Positions 53,538 through 64,000 of a stretch of DNA of 64,000 nucleotides are shown in pieces. Under the pieces are notes generated by a model. The model was given only the letters and a program-made list of their open reading frames with translations. It made no database searches and was not told the origin of the DNA. Position 1 is the first letter of the stretch. Every line of letters starts with the position of its first letter. The position numbers and the translations under genes are program-made. Origin of the DNA: Ptychomitrium polyphyllum (Eukaryota); NCBI GenBank assembly GCA_973851085.1, contig OZ316775.1, positions 9,548,001-9,612,000 of the forward strand, read 5' to 3'.

Positions 53538-54868
53538 AATTATAGCATTACACGAGTATCAGATGCAACCTATGCTTCGGAAGCTGTCTTACATGAAGGC
53601 ATCAGGAGCGCACTGGATACTATCAATTCCGCCTAGGTACACAACAGAGGTCGGTGAAGAAAGTGGGGGAGTTCGTGATGGATATATCGGGAGGCACGAA
53701 ACTGGACAAAGGTGGATTAATAGAATTGTCTTTGCTTTTTGGTGAATCTTTGGAAGTCAAAGCAAAGGCTCTAAACTTCGCAGCTCATGAAATTCACCTT
53801 CCAGTTCAAGTTGATTACCTTTTGGAATGATCAAGTTCCTCTCTGCTCATTTGATTTTGTTCAAGGCGTTATAGCTGAAGTCTTTTAGCTTTAGATTAGG
53901 ACTCAAAAATTTTGGGGAGTAAATTTAAAGATTTAGATTACAGCTCACAAAGAAAGACACTGTCACCAGACGGCTGTATCAAATTTAAAACGAAAAAACC
54001 CAAACGTTATTGAATCCTGATATCCAACTCAAATGACATGCAAGTTATTCAAGCACTTACTTACTGTCACGATTTGAAGCAAGATCTCAGATTGAGTGAT
54101 GAATCTAGACGAAAAGTGTAAGAGCAAGGCAAAGGGTCCAGCACTAGTTTCCAAATCTTGGAGCTTCTCCATAATTTCCTTACAACCATAAGCTCTGAAT
54201 TGAAACATGTACACTATTGCGAAGGTGAATTGTAACCATTGAAACAGTGCAGTGTAGTACTGTGGATATTTTTAAATATAATCTTTTAAAACTAGAGTAG
54301 TTTGATATGTAAATCTCGCACCTGGAGCACAACATATAGCTCAACATAAGATTAAAAATTGATGGACCAATTTCTTGGCCTTTACAAATTTGACCTAGCT
54401 GTGCTTATCGTTCCTGAGACATGTCGGAGCTAATACTATTCTCTGCTCCTCTTCAACAGTAAGCCCATCATCTTTTTGACAACAAAAGGAAGTTACCTCT
54501 CAGATGTTCAGCTCCAAGCATGATATTCGACTCATTCTCGAGGTCATCTCGATTGTATATATGAATCCATTTACCCGGGCGAGCTCCAAAGTGTCATCCC
54601 AATGTGATTGGGAAGGAGTACATAATAAATCCTGCGCACAGTCTCTCGTACTTTTGTGGTGGTTATATCCCACCGTCTGCGGACATGACTCACAGATACG
54701 AAGTGTGCTAGACTTACAACTTACTCAAATGGTAGAATTTTCCCACCAGCACTCTTTCCCAAAACATAAGCTTAACTGCACACGTACATAAGGCAGCCCT
54801 GGGTTGACTTTGGCAACAGATCAAAGCTCAGATCATCTGTAGGTCAAAACTGTTCATACAAAATGATT

Positions 54869-55451
54869 CTATTGCCCAGGTGCCTCCTCACCAAAGTCCT
54901 CTCTGCGTACTTTGTAAGGCCCTATATACAACATGGGCTTCATGATAGGGATGGCCTGCCCTGGATGCTCCGCCCAGTACCGTTCCTGAACAAGATACGA
55001 AAAAGGTAAGGGAGATTCTTAAAATGTAATTGTAAATCGTTCAATGCACCATTCTTGATTGTGGAGGGAATTGCAACTGTGGGACAATGGCAGTGCCCTC
55101 AATTAAACCCACCAAACTGAAACACAAACATAACCTAATTCCCAAAACCAAATAGCCTTTCAAATTAGGGCTACACTTAAGAAAGAAAACCGGAGCACCC
55201 ACCTTGTGGAGCTGCTCCGTAATAGCTGCAGCCACAACGCCAGTATAGAACGCAGCAATATTGAGCAAGAATAGCGGCATCATCGAGTTTGGCCGCTGGT
55301 AAGGCTCCACCATGTCCCACAGCTGGTCACGATCAAGCCTAGCTTCCGTCCTGCGAGCCCACAAGCGCCACAGCGACTCGCCAAGCATCTTGTTGGGCTC
55401 ATCGCCGAGCGCTCGCCGCCCCTGCCAAAACATATTCTTTCTCATCGCCAT
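54869..55451 (-). CDS. Small conserved plant membrane protein similar to Arabidopsis EMB2752 (exons 55451-55203, 54985-54869)
   Basis: LWDMVEPY.RP.S..PL....AAFYTGV.AAAITEQL.K|E.YW.EHPG.A.P.MKP..Y.GP matches my recollection of EMB2752-family proteins. The start codon is uncertain (55451 or 55388). Confidence 0.8.
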
Positions 55452-56527
55452 TTTTATCTCAATCTCCTCACCGACGAGCCCCCAAAATCTCTGATGCTCA
55501 ATTCGCAACTATTGCTACAAAATGACTTGAAGCAACTCCAAAGGGTGATAAGAATGATTAGGGACCCTTTACCAACACACATCTTCTTGGGCCGTACATC
55601 TTCTCTTCAAGAGGTCTACTGAATCTGTAGAGAATGTTGAAATGATTTACATTAGCTGAAATTAAAACTGTGATTATGTACGAAGTCTGTATATCTCATG
55701 AAGTGAAATGTACGCCAACGGTCTGTAATGTGGGACTTAGGTATGCATCTGATAGAGCTTCAAAACCCGTTCGGCCATGAAATCAATACAGTTTGATGAT
55801 ATTATGCAGATCAACTTCCATGCTGCTCATTGAAATATCATATAGAACTGATCGGCAGACTTGCAGACCAACTCAGAAGATAAGACTGGACCTTGATTCA
55901 ACTTAACGAGAACCTTGCATAAACCTGCACAAAAGTGTTACAACTTGTTCTCAAAAAGGGGTCACTCGAGGCCACCATCCGCCCCTTTAAATGATTTGAT
56001 CCGCTGAGTCCATAAAAATTGCAGCAAAGACACCCAAAACATCTTCTAAAAAGCAAGTTAATAAATTTCACCACTAGTATCATTGATTACGTAATACATC
56101 TGAAAGATAACCGACATCTACAACACGATTTGCGATAATCGTCAATGTGCACTTGTAATACTGTGATCTGAAACAAAGAAAAGTAACAGAACTAGGGAGC
56201 GTCGGCTTTGAAGATGCATAATATACTTATGAGTGAAATACAATTATGCTTGCTGCATGGCTTTCTAGATGCAAATGTTTTGAACACCAAATCGATTTTG
56301 TGCGCCACTATACTTTCATTGTCCATACCAAAGTTTCTCTATCACTAAAACAAAATCTAGCAACCAGAGGCAAGCATTGAAGTATATGAAGGAAATTATG
56401 TTACAATCAAGTATTTGAGAAAGTCCAATTTTAGACAGTATCAACAAATCTACATCAATCCTAAACCTAGATTGCTCGATTCAAACTACCAGAATCTAGA
56501 CTGTAAAATAATTACGGTATCTCTGAT

Positions 56528-58289
56528 TCAGAAACGGGGATTTGAAGTTGGAAGTCTTGTCATTCCTAAAAAACTGTGCTTGCGCCGATAATAGACCAGA
56601 GGGGAACACAACGCAAATGATGCAAAGGCTATGGCCTGCAAGAAATTGAGGAGAAAACTCAGTTTTAGATGACATTCCACTTAAGAGTGAGAAAAAAACA
56701 TTCAACGGAAACCCATGATAATTGCTATACTGGGTTGGAGCAATTGAATATGATACGAGCCATCAACAACCAAATGGGAAATCCATCAGAGCACTGCGAT
56801 ATAGATAATCAATCCAATGAAATTACACATACTCTGGATCTCTTTCAGCGAAAAAACAACCAAGTGGATTAAAGAGTTATCTGTGTACCTCAAACTGCCA
56901 CACTGTAAACTTGTCCATCCTCAGCTCAGCAGGTGTACAGGATTTAAAAGTAAGATACGTTTTTACACCGCCTTCAATTTTGAAAGTTGGTGTCTCAACT
57001 AAATTGCGACCTTCTCCGGCACCAACCGTACCTCTGTCATCGGAGGAAGTGCGATCAGCTGGACATGCACAAGAAAAGGCAGACAGCACCTCAAATGAAA
57101 ACGTGATCAAACAAAATCACAAGCATGCTCCAGCTTGACTATCTTTCTTGGTCTCATAGTACTCCCACTTCTAACACCAACTGCAGACTGTAAATGAGGA
57201 ATAAAACATGCTAACCGTACCCCCCCCCCCCCGTTCTACCCCTGCTGCTAAACCATCTGTCTAGAAACACCTCACTGAACAAAATTGTAGCCTTCACCAA
57301 GTAAATATCCATTGTTACCATAATACCGTCCATCTCCCTAACGACAGACTAGAGATACAGCCAGAAAACAAAAGCTAAAAATGTACAACTAACCATTGAG
57401 ATGCTTCACATCACGTGCGTTCTCCTCGGTTTTCTCGGCACTCTTAATCTCCAAACACTTAAAAGATTGATGATAACCATTTGTTCGACAACGAAATTTG
57501 TTGGCTTCCTGCAGAACCCCATTGCAAGCACCCGTGTCTCTTCTCATTAAACGTCCATAAGTTGTCCATGATTTCTTCAAAGAAAAACAATCTTGTTGTA
57601 ATGAGATCTAGTTGCTGCCAAACTCGATCAAAACCATTTGTCCAGCAGCACCTATATATTCTGGCAGACTTGATTTGCCGTTAGAACAGGTACACTATGC
57701 TGGTGCTATCACCAACGATAAGAGCAAATTGAAGCCACTAATTCTGGTGCTGAATATCCTAAAAAAAATAACGCTTGAAAAGCGTCAGAGAGACTGTTAA
57801 CGCTTTATCAATTACAGACTAAGGAGTAAATCATGTAGAAGCCAAAAATTGAGTTATTCGAACTGCTACTTTCGAGTTATCCAAATGCAGAGAATATAAA
57901 CCTTCTCCGAACGCGCGCAAGAAACACAAGGGCCTGACGACTTGCACAGAAACGAACCGTTTCCTTGCTGCTCAACAAACTCTCTATTGTCGCTCCTGCA
58001 GATGAGCACATTGTAAGTCCAAGAACATCAATGATATCTAACGCAATTTTGGTTACATCAATGATATCTAAATCCAAAATCAAGCGCAACTCTCCGCAAC
58101 TGGATGAAGAATCTCATCTACCCTAACAAACTAAACCCTTGCTCAACTCAAAGGTAGGGAACAAAAAAACATCCCAATGCAAGTACAAAAGCGCGATACG
58201 TACCACGCCGAGCACAGCAGCGGACTAAACACCAAGAATACCACCATCAACAAAACTCCAAACCGCTCCGCACACCGTAGCCGAGCCAT
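56528..58289 (-). CDS. JTB-like (jumping translocation breakpoint family) single-pass membrane protein, 5 exons (58289-58204, 57995-57902, 57508-57394, 57058-56889, 56635-56528)
   Basis: Assembled protein: signal peptide, Cys-rich C.SSGPCVSC..SEK....RC..NGY....KC, YLTFKSC, FE followed by a TM helix and YYRRK, ending ...NPRF*. All splice phases are consistent. The family name comes from motif recollection. Confidence 0.8.
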
Positions 58290-58770
58290 CTTGAGCTCCG
58301 GAATGAAGCAAAAGCAATAAAACTGCCTAGGGCGCAGCTCCCAACGGAAAGAAACGAGAAAGCGACCGATCCTGAACAAGACTGCAATCTGCGTGCACTG
58401 AGAGGCTCCCAAACGGACTCCTATGTCGAGAACGCCGTCGGCGACAGCGCAGCGCAATCGATGTGAGCTCCAGCACGCGAACGACGCTTTCTCCTTCGAC
58501 CAAGCTCTGTCGTTACTGTGCGTTTAGGGCTCCCGGAGCGCTGATCGATACCCGCCTGCGTATGTTCCGGTTATCTTGACAGACCTCCCTGAGTAGAACA
58601 ATACGTCCCCATCGCCACGAGCCTTCGGTGCACTTCCCTGCGTTCGCTCCCTTGGTCATGGGAACGGTCGCCGGTGTTCCATTAGCAGTTCTGAATCACG
58701 TATTCTACATGGTAGGGTTAAAAGTTCAAAATGCGATGGTATTGAATGCGAAAAAATATAGCGACCGGGC

Positions 58771-58796
58771 TTAGGGTTTAGAATTTAGGGTTTAGG
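58771..58796 (+). repeat. Short interstitial telomere-like (TTTAGGG) cluster
   Basis: ttagggtttagaatttagggtttagg at the border between the JTB-like promoter region and the AT-rich block. Confidence 0.7.
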
Positions 58797-58799
58797 TGT

Positions 58800-61050
58800 T
58801 ACAGTATTTTAGGCGTAAAAGTTTAGTTTTTATTTATTTTTGAATGTTCCTTCGAAAAGAATATTATTTCAACATTCAAAGATTTTATACTTAAGATGAG
58901 GTCATATTTCTATAATACTTGGATAACATTTACTTGATATTTATGTGATATTTGGATGAATTTTGGATATTGAAAAAAAGCTTTCACTTGCATGGAAAAT
59001 GAGATTTTGGATTTGGAATCCTAATTGTAAAAATCTTATATTTGTAGTTGAAAATAGTTGTTGCCTTTTTATGTAAGAGCCTTATTGAAAAATGTGAATA
59101 GCATTATAAATAGTCATTCAAAATTCCACTCAACACTTTATAAAATTCATTCAATCTTGTATTTTCTTATTAATATAGCAAAACGTAAACAAGCAATGTA
59201 CGTATATACATAAAATGGAGAGAAAATTAAAAAATATAAAGACATAAAAGAATTGTATGTAATATACTTATTAAATTTTATTAATAATAAAATATCTTAT
59301 TGATTAGAGATCTTAACATATGTTAATGTCTAGTTTTTAATAAAATGCTTTAATAAAATTAGTTCTTAATATGTTGATTTCTATTTAGATTATAATATGT
59401 AAAAATTATGTAAATTTTGTTTAGATATTTGATAATAAAAATAACTTTTATTCACACATGTAGATTCATACAATCTATGTACAATTTAGCCTTCAACATC
59501 TTTTTATGCTGAATATTTATAATGAGTTAATTTTTGCCCTATTAATATAAATTAAAAATACTTTATTTGATATGAAATCATCAATAATTTGTTGCAAGCA
59601 CTTTATTGTTTAATATTATTCTTTATTAAAAAGTAGTTTTTATGAATTGATACAATCACAAAAAAATTAGTATGTTTACTAAATAATAAGATTATTTGCA
59701 TATGTATATATATACATATGCAAATGATACATTGAATAATAAAACAGAAAGATATAATAAATTTTAAATGTGTTGGAAGACCTTAAAAGACTCACAAATA
59801 AAATATTATTAATAATCAATATATTCAATTTATTTCTTTTAAAAAACTACAAAGATAAGGTTGCATTACAAAATTATTTATATTTTAATAAAATAATAAA
59901 TTGTTTGAGAAAAATGAAGTTTTACTTTAAAAACATGAAATTTTGTTGAAATTCTAAAGATAAATTGTGAAGGCAATAAAAAAATCATTAAAACGTACAA
60001 CAGTATAATATTATATTATTTAAAAATAAATGCAGTTTAATAGAAATATTCCATATTTCTTGTTAAATCACATAATTTGTAATTTTTTTAAAGATGTATA
60101 TTAGATAATAAAAAATACTGTGAAAGTCTTTATTTATTTCAAATAATGAAATATCCATCTTTAACAAGAAAATTATTCAAAAGGCATAAAAAAAAATTAT
60201 CTGTTCATTAATATGTGGATTTCATTACAAGTATTCATCAACTTCACAATATTAGTTTGAAACTTTTATAATCTTTAAAACCATATTTACATTTACAAAT
60301 GATCCATTTCATGAATTTAAGATTTTTTTTAAAAAAATTCTTAAAACTTTCTTGTTCAATTTTATAGAAAATTAATTATGTGTTTACAATATATGGTATA
60401 AGAAGAACAAATATGATTCTTTTGAAAAAGATTCAAAGTATTGAGTACATGTACAGTTTTAATACTAAAAACTTGAATCAAACAGATGTATCACATATTA
60501 TATAAAGCAATGAAGTTAAACATTACAAAATATTTATAGATAAATAATTTAATTAAATTATATTCCTATTTTTATAGAGAGTATTTAATGTTCACATTCT
60601 TCCTATACCATTCCAATGTTGGATTTTATTTGTTGTAACTTGTAAAGTTAAAAGATTCTTTTAAGGTTTATGTACAAAGTATAAAAATAAACCTTAATAG
60701 TCTTGTATTGTCTATTTGTCCACCTACTTACACTTATAATTGACTTCTTTTTTTTACTTACTTTAAACCTTTTTACTATTATTTTTTAAAACTTATTATT
60801 ATTATTGACTATTGACTTTTAATTTTTATCTCTTTACTTCTTATCCATACAATGATTTTTACTTTTTATCCATATAATGTTTTTTACCTTTTTATTGTTT
60901 GTTGTTATACTATTTTTCTAATCTTTTTATTTTAGCTGTTTTAATTTTATTGTTTACATTTTACTTTTTATTGTATCATTTGTTTTTTACTATTTACTAT
61001 ATATTGTTTACTTTTTCACTATTTTATTTTTACAATAGTACATAAACCTG
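58800..61050. other. AT-rich, ORF-free block, probably decayed repeat
   Basis: Very low GC and CpG-poor, with no ORF in the track. Confidence 0.5.
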
Positions 61051-61734
61051 CATTTAATGCCACCTCATCAAAGGGTGAAGGCTGCCTTACTGTTTTCTGT
61101 AAAAATTGCTAATAAACCTTTCTCAGATTCCAAGAAACTGAAACCACCATCAGAAGCATACACTCCAAAAACTAAAACACTCTGGTATCCTCATGACTTT
61201 TGCACTAATGTGGTAACCAATGTACTGTTCAGAGTTCCAAACAACGCTAGTTACATGCTGAATGTGATTCCAAAATATTACTTGGTTTTAAGGATGGGTC
61301 GCCAGCTAGTTGCTTTCCAGATCTGAAAAATGAAAACAACAGAAACACAAGCTATTTTGGAAAGCCACTGTAGTGGCTAAAGTAGTTTGGTTTGAAGTCT
61401 TTTGAAAGGAAGAATCTGCTCCTCTCGAGATTCCTTGAAAGTGAGGATCACAGTAATACCAATCTGAAGTGATCTCGGATGTGTTGAGCTCCCACGTACT
61501 TGTTTGCGCCCACGTCAATTCAAGGATCTCATTTGGCACACTTAAGCCTTGGTAGAAATTACCTGTGACTGATGGCAAGCAATGGCAAGTAATGAGGCAA
61601 CTGTGAGTAGGAACTTTACAACTCTGCAATTCCGTAATGTACAAAGTGCAGGTGGAATGGAAGATTGATCAGAGATAGCTGCACTAACCAACTAGTTATG
61701 CAACAAGAACTGCCAATGCGAGTACTAAGTGTAA

Positions 61735-62345
61735 CTACAAATATGGAAATCACAAGGCAGACCCTGATTTCAGTGAGGGCCTGTCTCTCGGTTTTCCCTA
61801 TATGGAACATGCAATCCTCATGTATGCAGTGAATCAAGTTCTGGTCGAGGCCCTGCAACTCCAAACTCTACTGCTGCAGCTCTGTTGTGAAGAAGGGAAT
61901 GTTTTGAGTAGTGCAACGAGGACTGCCAGTGCAAGGACCGAGTGAACATTAATAAGGAAAATCACAAGGCAGACCCCATGTCAATGAATCTGAGCCTGTC
62001 TCACGGTTTTCCTTATCAATGTACATTCAGTCCTCTTGAATGCAAGGAATCAAGGATACAAGTTTTCATCGGTGCTAGTCGAGGCCCTGGAGCTCCAAAC
62101 TCCACCGCTGCAGCTCTGTCGTGAAGATGGGAATGTTTCGAGTAGCGCAACGAGGACTGCCAGTGCGACTGCCGAGTGTACCTTAATAAGGAAAATGACG
62201 AGGCAGACCCTCATTTCATTGAATGAGAACCTGTCTCACGGTTTTCCCTATCGTGGTACACTCAATCTTCTTGTGTGCAATGACTCAAGGATACAAGTTC
62301 TCAACAATGCTGGTCGAGGCCCTTCAATTCCCCAACTCTACTGCT
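61735..62345 (-). ncRNA. Tandem triplicated unit with pre-miRNA-like hairpins (candidate clustered MIRNA / structured ncRNA)
   Basis: Three copies with periods 211 and 234 bp. Hairpins at ~61738-61806, 61940-62028 and 62174-62263 share a near-invariant arm cctgtct(c)(a/t)cggttttcc(c/t)tat. Plus-strand A-C mismatches become G-U pairs on the minus strand. Confidence 0.5.
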
Positions 62346-63041
62346 ATCGACGTGACGAGGAAAGATTTTGTTCAAACCTTCGTACTGGATTTCCAATCTA
62401 GGTGCACACTACTTTGTCTAATTCCAGGCTTTTCGAACATGAGTTGTGGAAGTCAGCTTCATGAAGTGATCTGCCTGTAAAGACCGCTGATGCATATTTA
62501 TATTCAAAATTCTGGGAGTGAGCAGGTGCTGAAGGAAGCGTCGTTTAACAGAGTGACGTATCCTGTGAGCACCAAATCGCCATGTCGAATCGGCGGATCG
62601 TAAACGTCAGCAAAAAAAGCGAGATTTGGGGAGACGTGAGTGATACCTGTGTAGTAAGTACTAATAAGTATCTAGAATTTCGAATTAATATACACGTACC
62701 TAGAACTACGGAATCAGAAGTTCATGTGTCTTCTCCGCAAATAGAAGTAGAAATTGCGGAAAAGCTAAGTTACATTATCAGACTTGAGTTAAACCCTGAG
62801 ACATGTACCCTATCGTAAGTTAGAATGAAACAAAGAATGAAATGACAAATCTCACCCCACAGTACCTACGCACTTGCCACTGATAATCTGTTACAGAAGA
62901 GTGTCAAGCTCCTCCACTATGCGAATCCTACTATGTACACGAGCTGGACATGTGAAAAAAATTAAATTAGTAATAAAATATGGTTTGTATTTGCAACATC
63001 GAATGTGTTTTCTCAAAACCTTGACGAAAATGGTTGAAGAT

Positions 63042-63960
63042 CTACTTGTGAAATCCAAGCTCATCCAGACTATCTGGAAGCGGTTTCAGTGCATTAGCAT
63101 TTCCTTTTGCTTTGTAGTCCACAATCGCACGCATTCGATTGTACTTGTCTGGATGATAATTCACATGAACTGTCACAGGTTTATATTCCGAAAAGGCTTC
63201 CTCCTTCCAAAGTGTTTTGAACAACACCATGCTGTTCAGGAACAGGAGAAAATCCAGCACTTGTCGAGGTGCGTGGAGGCTAGCTTAACCAGGATGCGAG
63301 GGGTTGAAAAGCTCCGCGTTGAGGTCTGGTTAGTCCGAGACCTTTTCCTTAGCTCGTTTTGCAGTTACTCGGTCAAAGCAGCTCTACTGAGGGGGCTGTA
63401 TATCGAATATAAAAGAGTCCTGAATTGAACATTTAGATCCGCATGGTGCGTGCGTAGCGTGACCAACCCATAGTACGGTCTTCCGAAACATCATCATACC
63501 CGTAGGCTGTTACATTATCGAATCCGTCTGTCATACATCACAACCTCTGTGCAGACTCTTGAACGGGTTTTGAAGGTAAACGATGTCGACGTCAGTGAGG
63601 AGTACACTGTACCCCAGCACTAGAAATTCTCGCAGAAGGTGAAACTACAAACTTGGCATCAAAATAATGGCGCTCAAATTAAAATAGCCTTTTGAAGTGG
63701 CAAAGATAAACATGAAAATGCACGCCTCGGAGATTGAACCAATTTATGGCAAGGATTGAGACATGAACAAAAGCTAGGTTGGTAACCTGAAATAGCATGA
63801 TTGTCACCTACGCCAGCCTGTGATTTTGAAATCGTAAGCATCCCGTGATGTGTAGACAGGCACATCGTGATCTGTACATAATTTGGTAATCTCATCATCT
63901 AATGCAACTATCATGAAATTCGTCACGCCCACTCGTTGGATATTCTCAAACAATGTCTAT
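63042..63960 (-). pseudogene. RRA-type arabinosyltransferase (GT77, nucleotide-diphospho-sugar transferase) pseudogene, 3' part
   Basis: [45 protein letters not shown]....MGW.RYA.TMRI, FNSG.FYIR, HVNYHPDK..RM.A.V. Interrupted by at least 3 frameshifts and in-frame stops (TMRI*, SD*, HPG*). May continue beyond the window. Confidence 0.88.
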
Positions 63961-64000
63961 GGAGGTTTGGCAAAGAGAAGGCGTGAGAACACGATAATCA

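Noticed and set aside
61735..62345. CRISPR-like array reading of the triplicated repeat
   Set aside because: Whole units including the intervening sequence are homologous, so there are no unique spacers. The context is eukaryotic and has no cas genes.
62874..63428. 184-aa plus-strand ORF
   Set aside because: Antisense to the recognisable RRA pseudogene, non-ATG start, no motifs.
5736..63960. Cell-wall gene cluster (expansin, AGP, GULLO, LecRK, RRA)
   Set aside because: These are large, common families separated by TEs and unrelated housekeeping genes, so the co-occurrence is compatible with chance.

Overview
This is eukaryotic plant genomic DNA. The gene content, GT-AG intron style and Tcn1-like gypsy elements point to a moss such as Physcomitrium patens (inference). 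Gene islands alternate with very AT-rich blocks of decayed transposons. Intact genes assembled by hand: alpha-expansin, non-specific phospholipase C, a Met-rich classical arabinogalactan protein, an L-gulonolactone-oxidase-like flavoprotein, a SWEET transporter, an intronless SDR lacking the catalytic Tyr, thymidylate kinase, an EMB2752-like small protein and a JTB-like membrane protein. There are two clear pseudogenes: an L-type lectin receptor kinase with most of the kinase deleted, and an RRA/GT77 arabinosyltransferase. A decayed Ty3/gypsy chromovirus (about 32.07-39.95 kb) carries two nested solo LTRs with target-site duplications, and a decayed copia element lies next to it. The most unexplained signal is a triplicated 211-234 bp unit at 61.7-62.35 kb. 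Each copy holds a long hairpin that folds better on the minus strand and shows compensatory changes, so it is a candidate clustered MIRNA or structured ncRNA locus. I found no rRNA, tRNA or CRISPR array. All coordinates were read by eye and may be off by a few bases.
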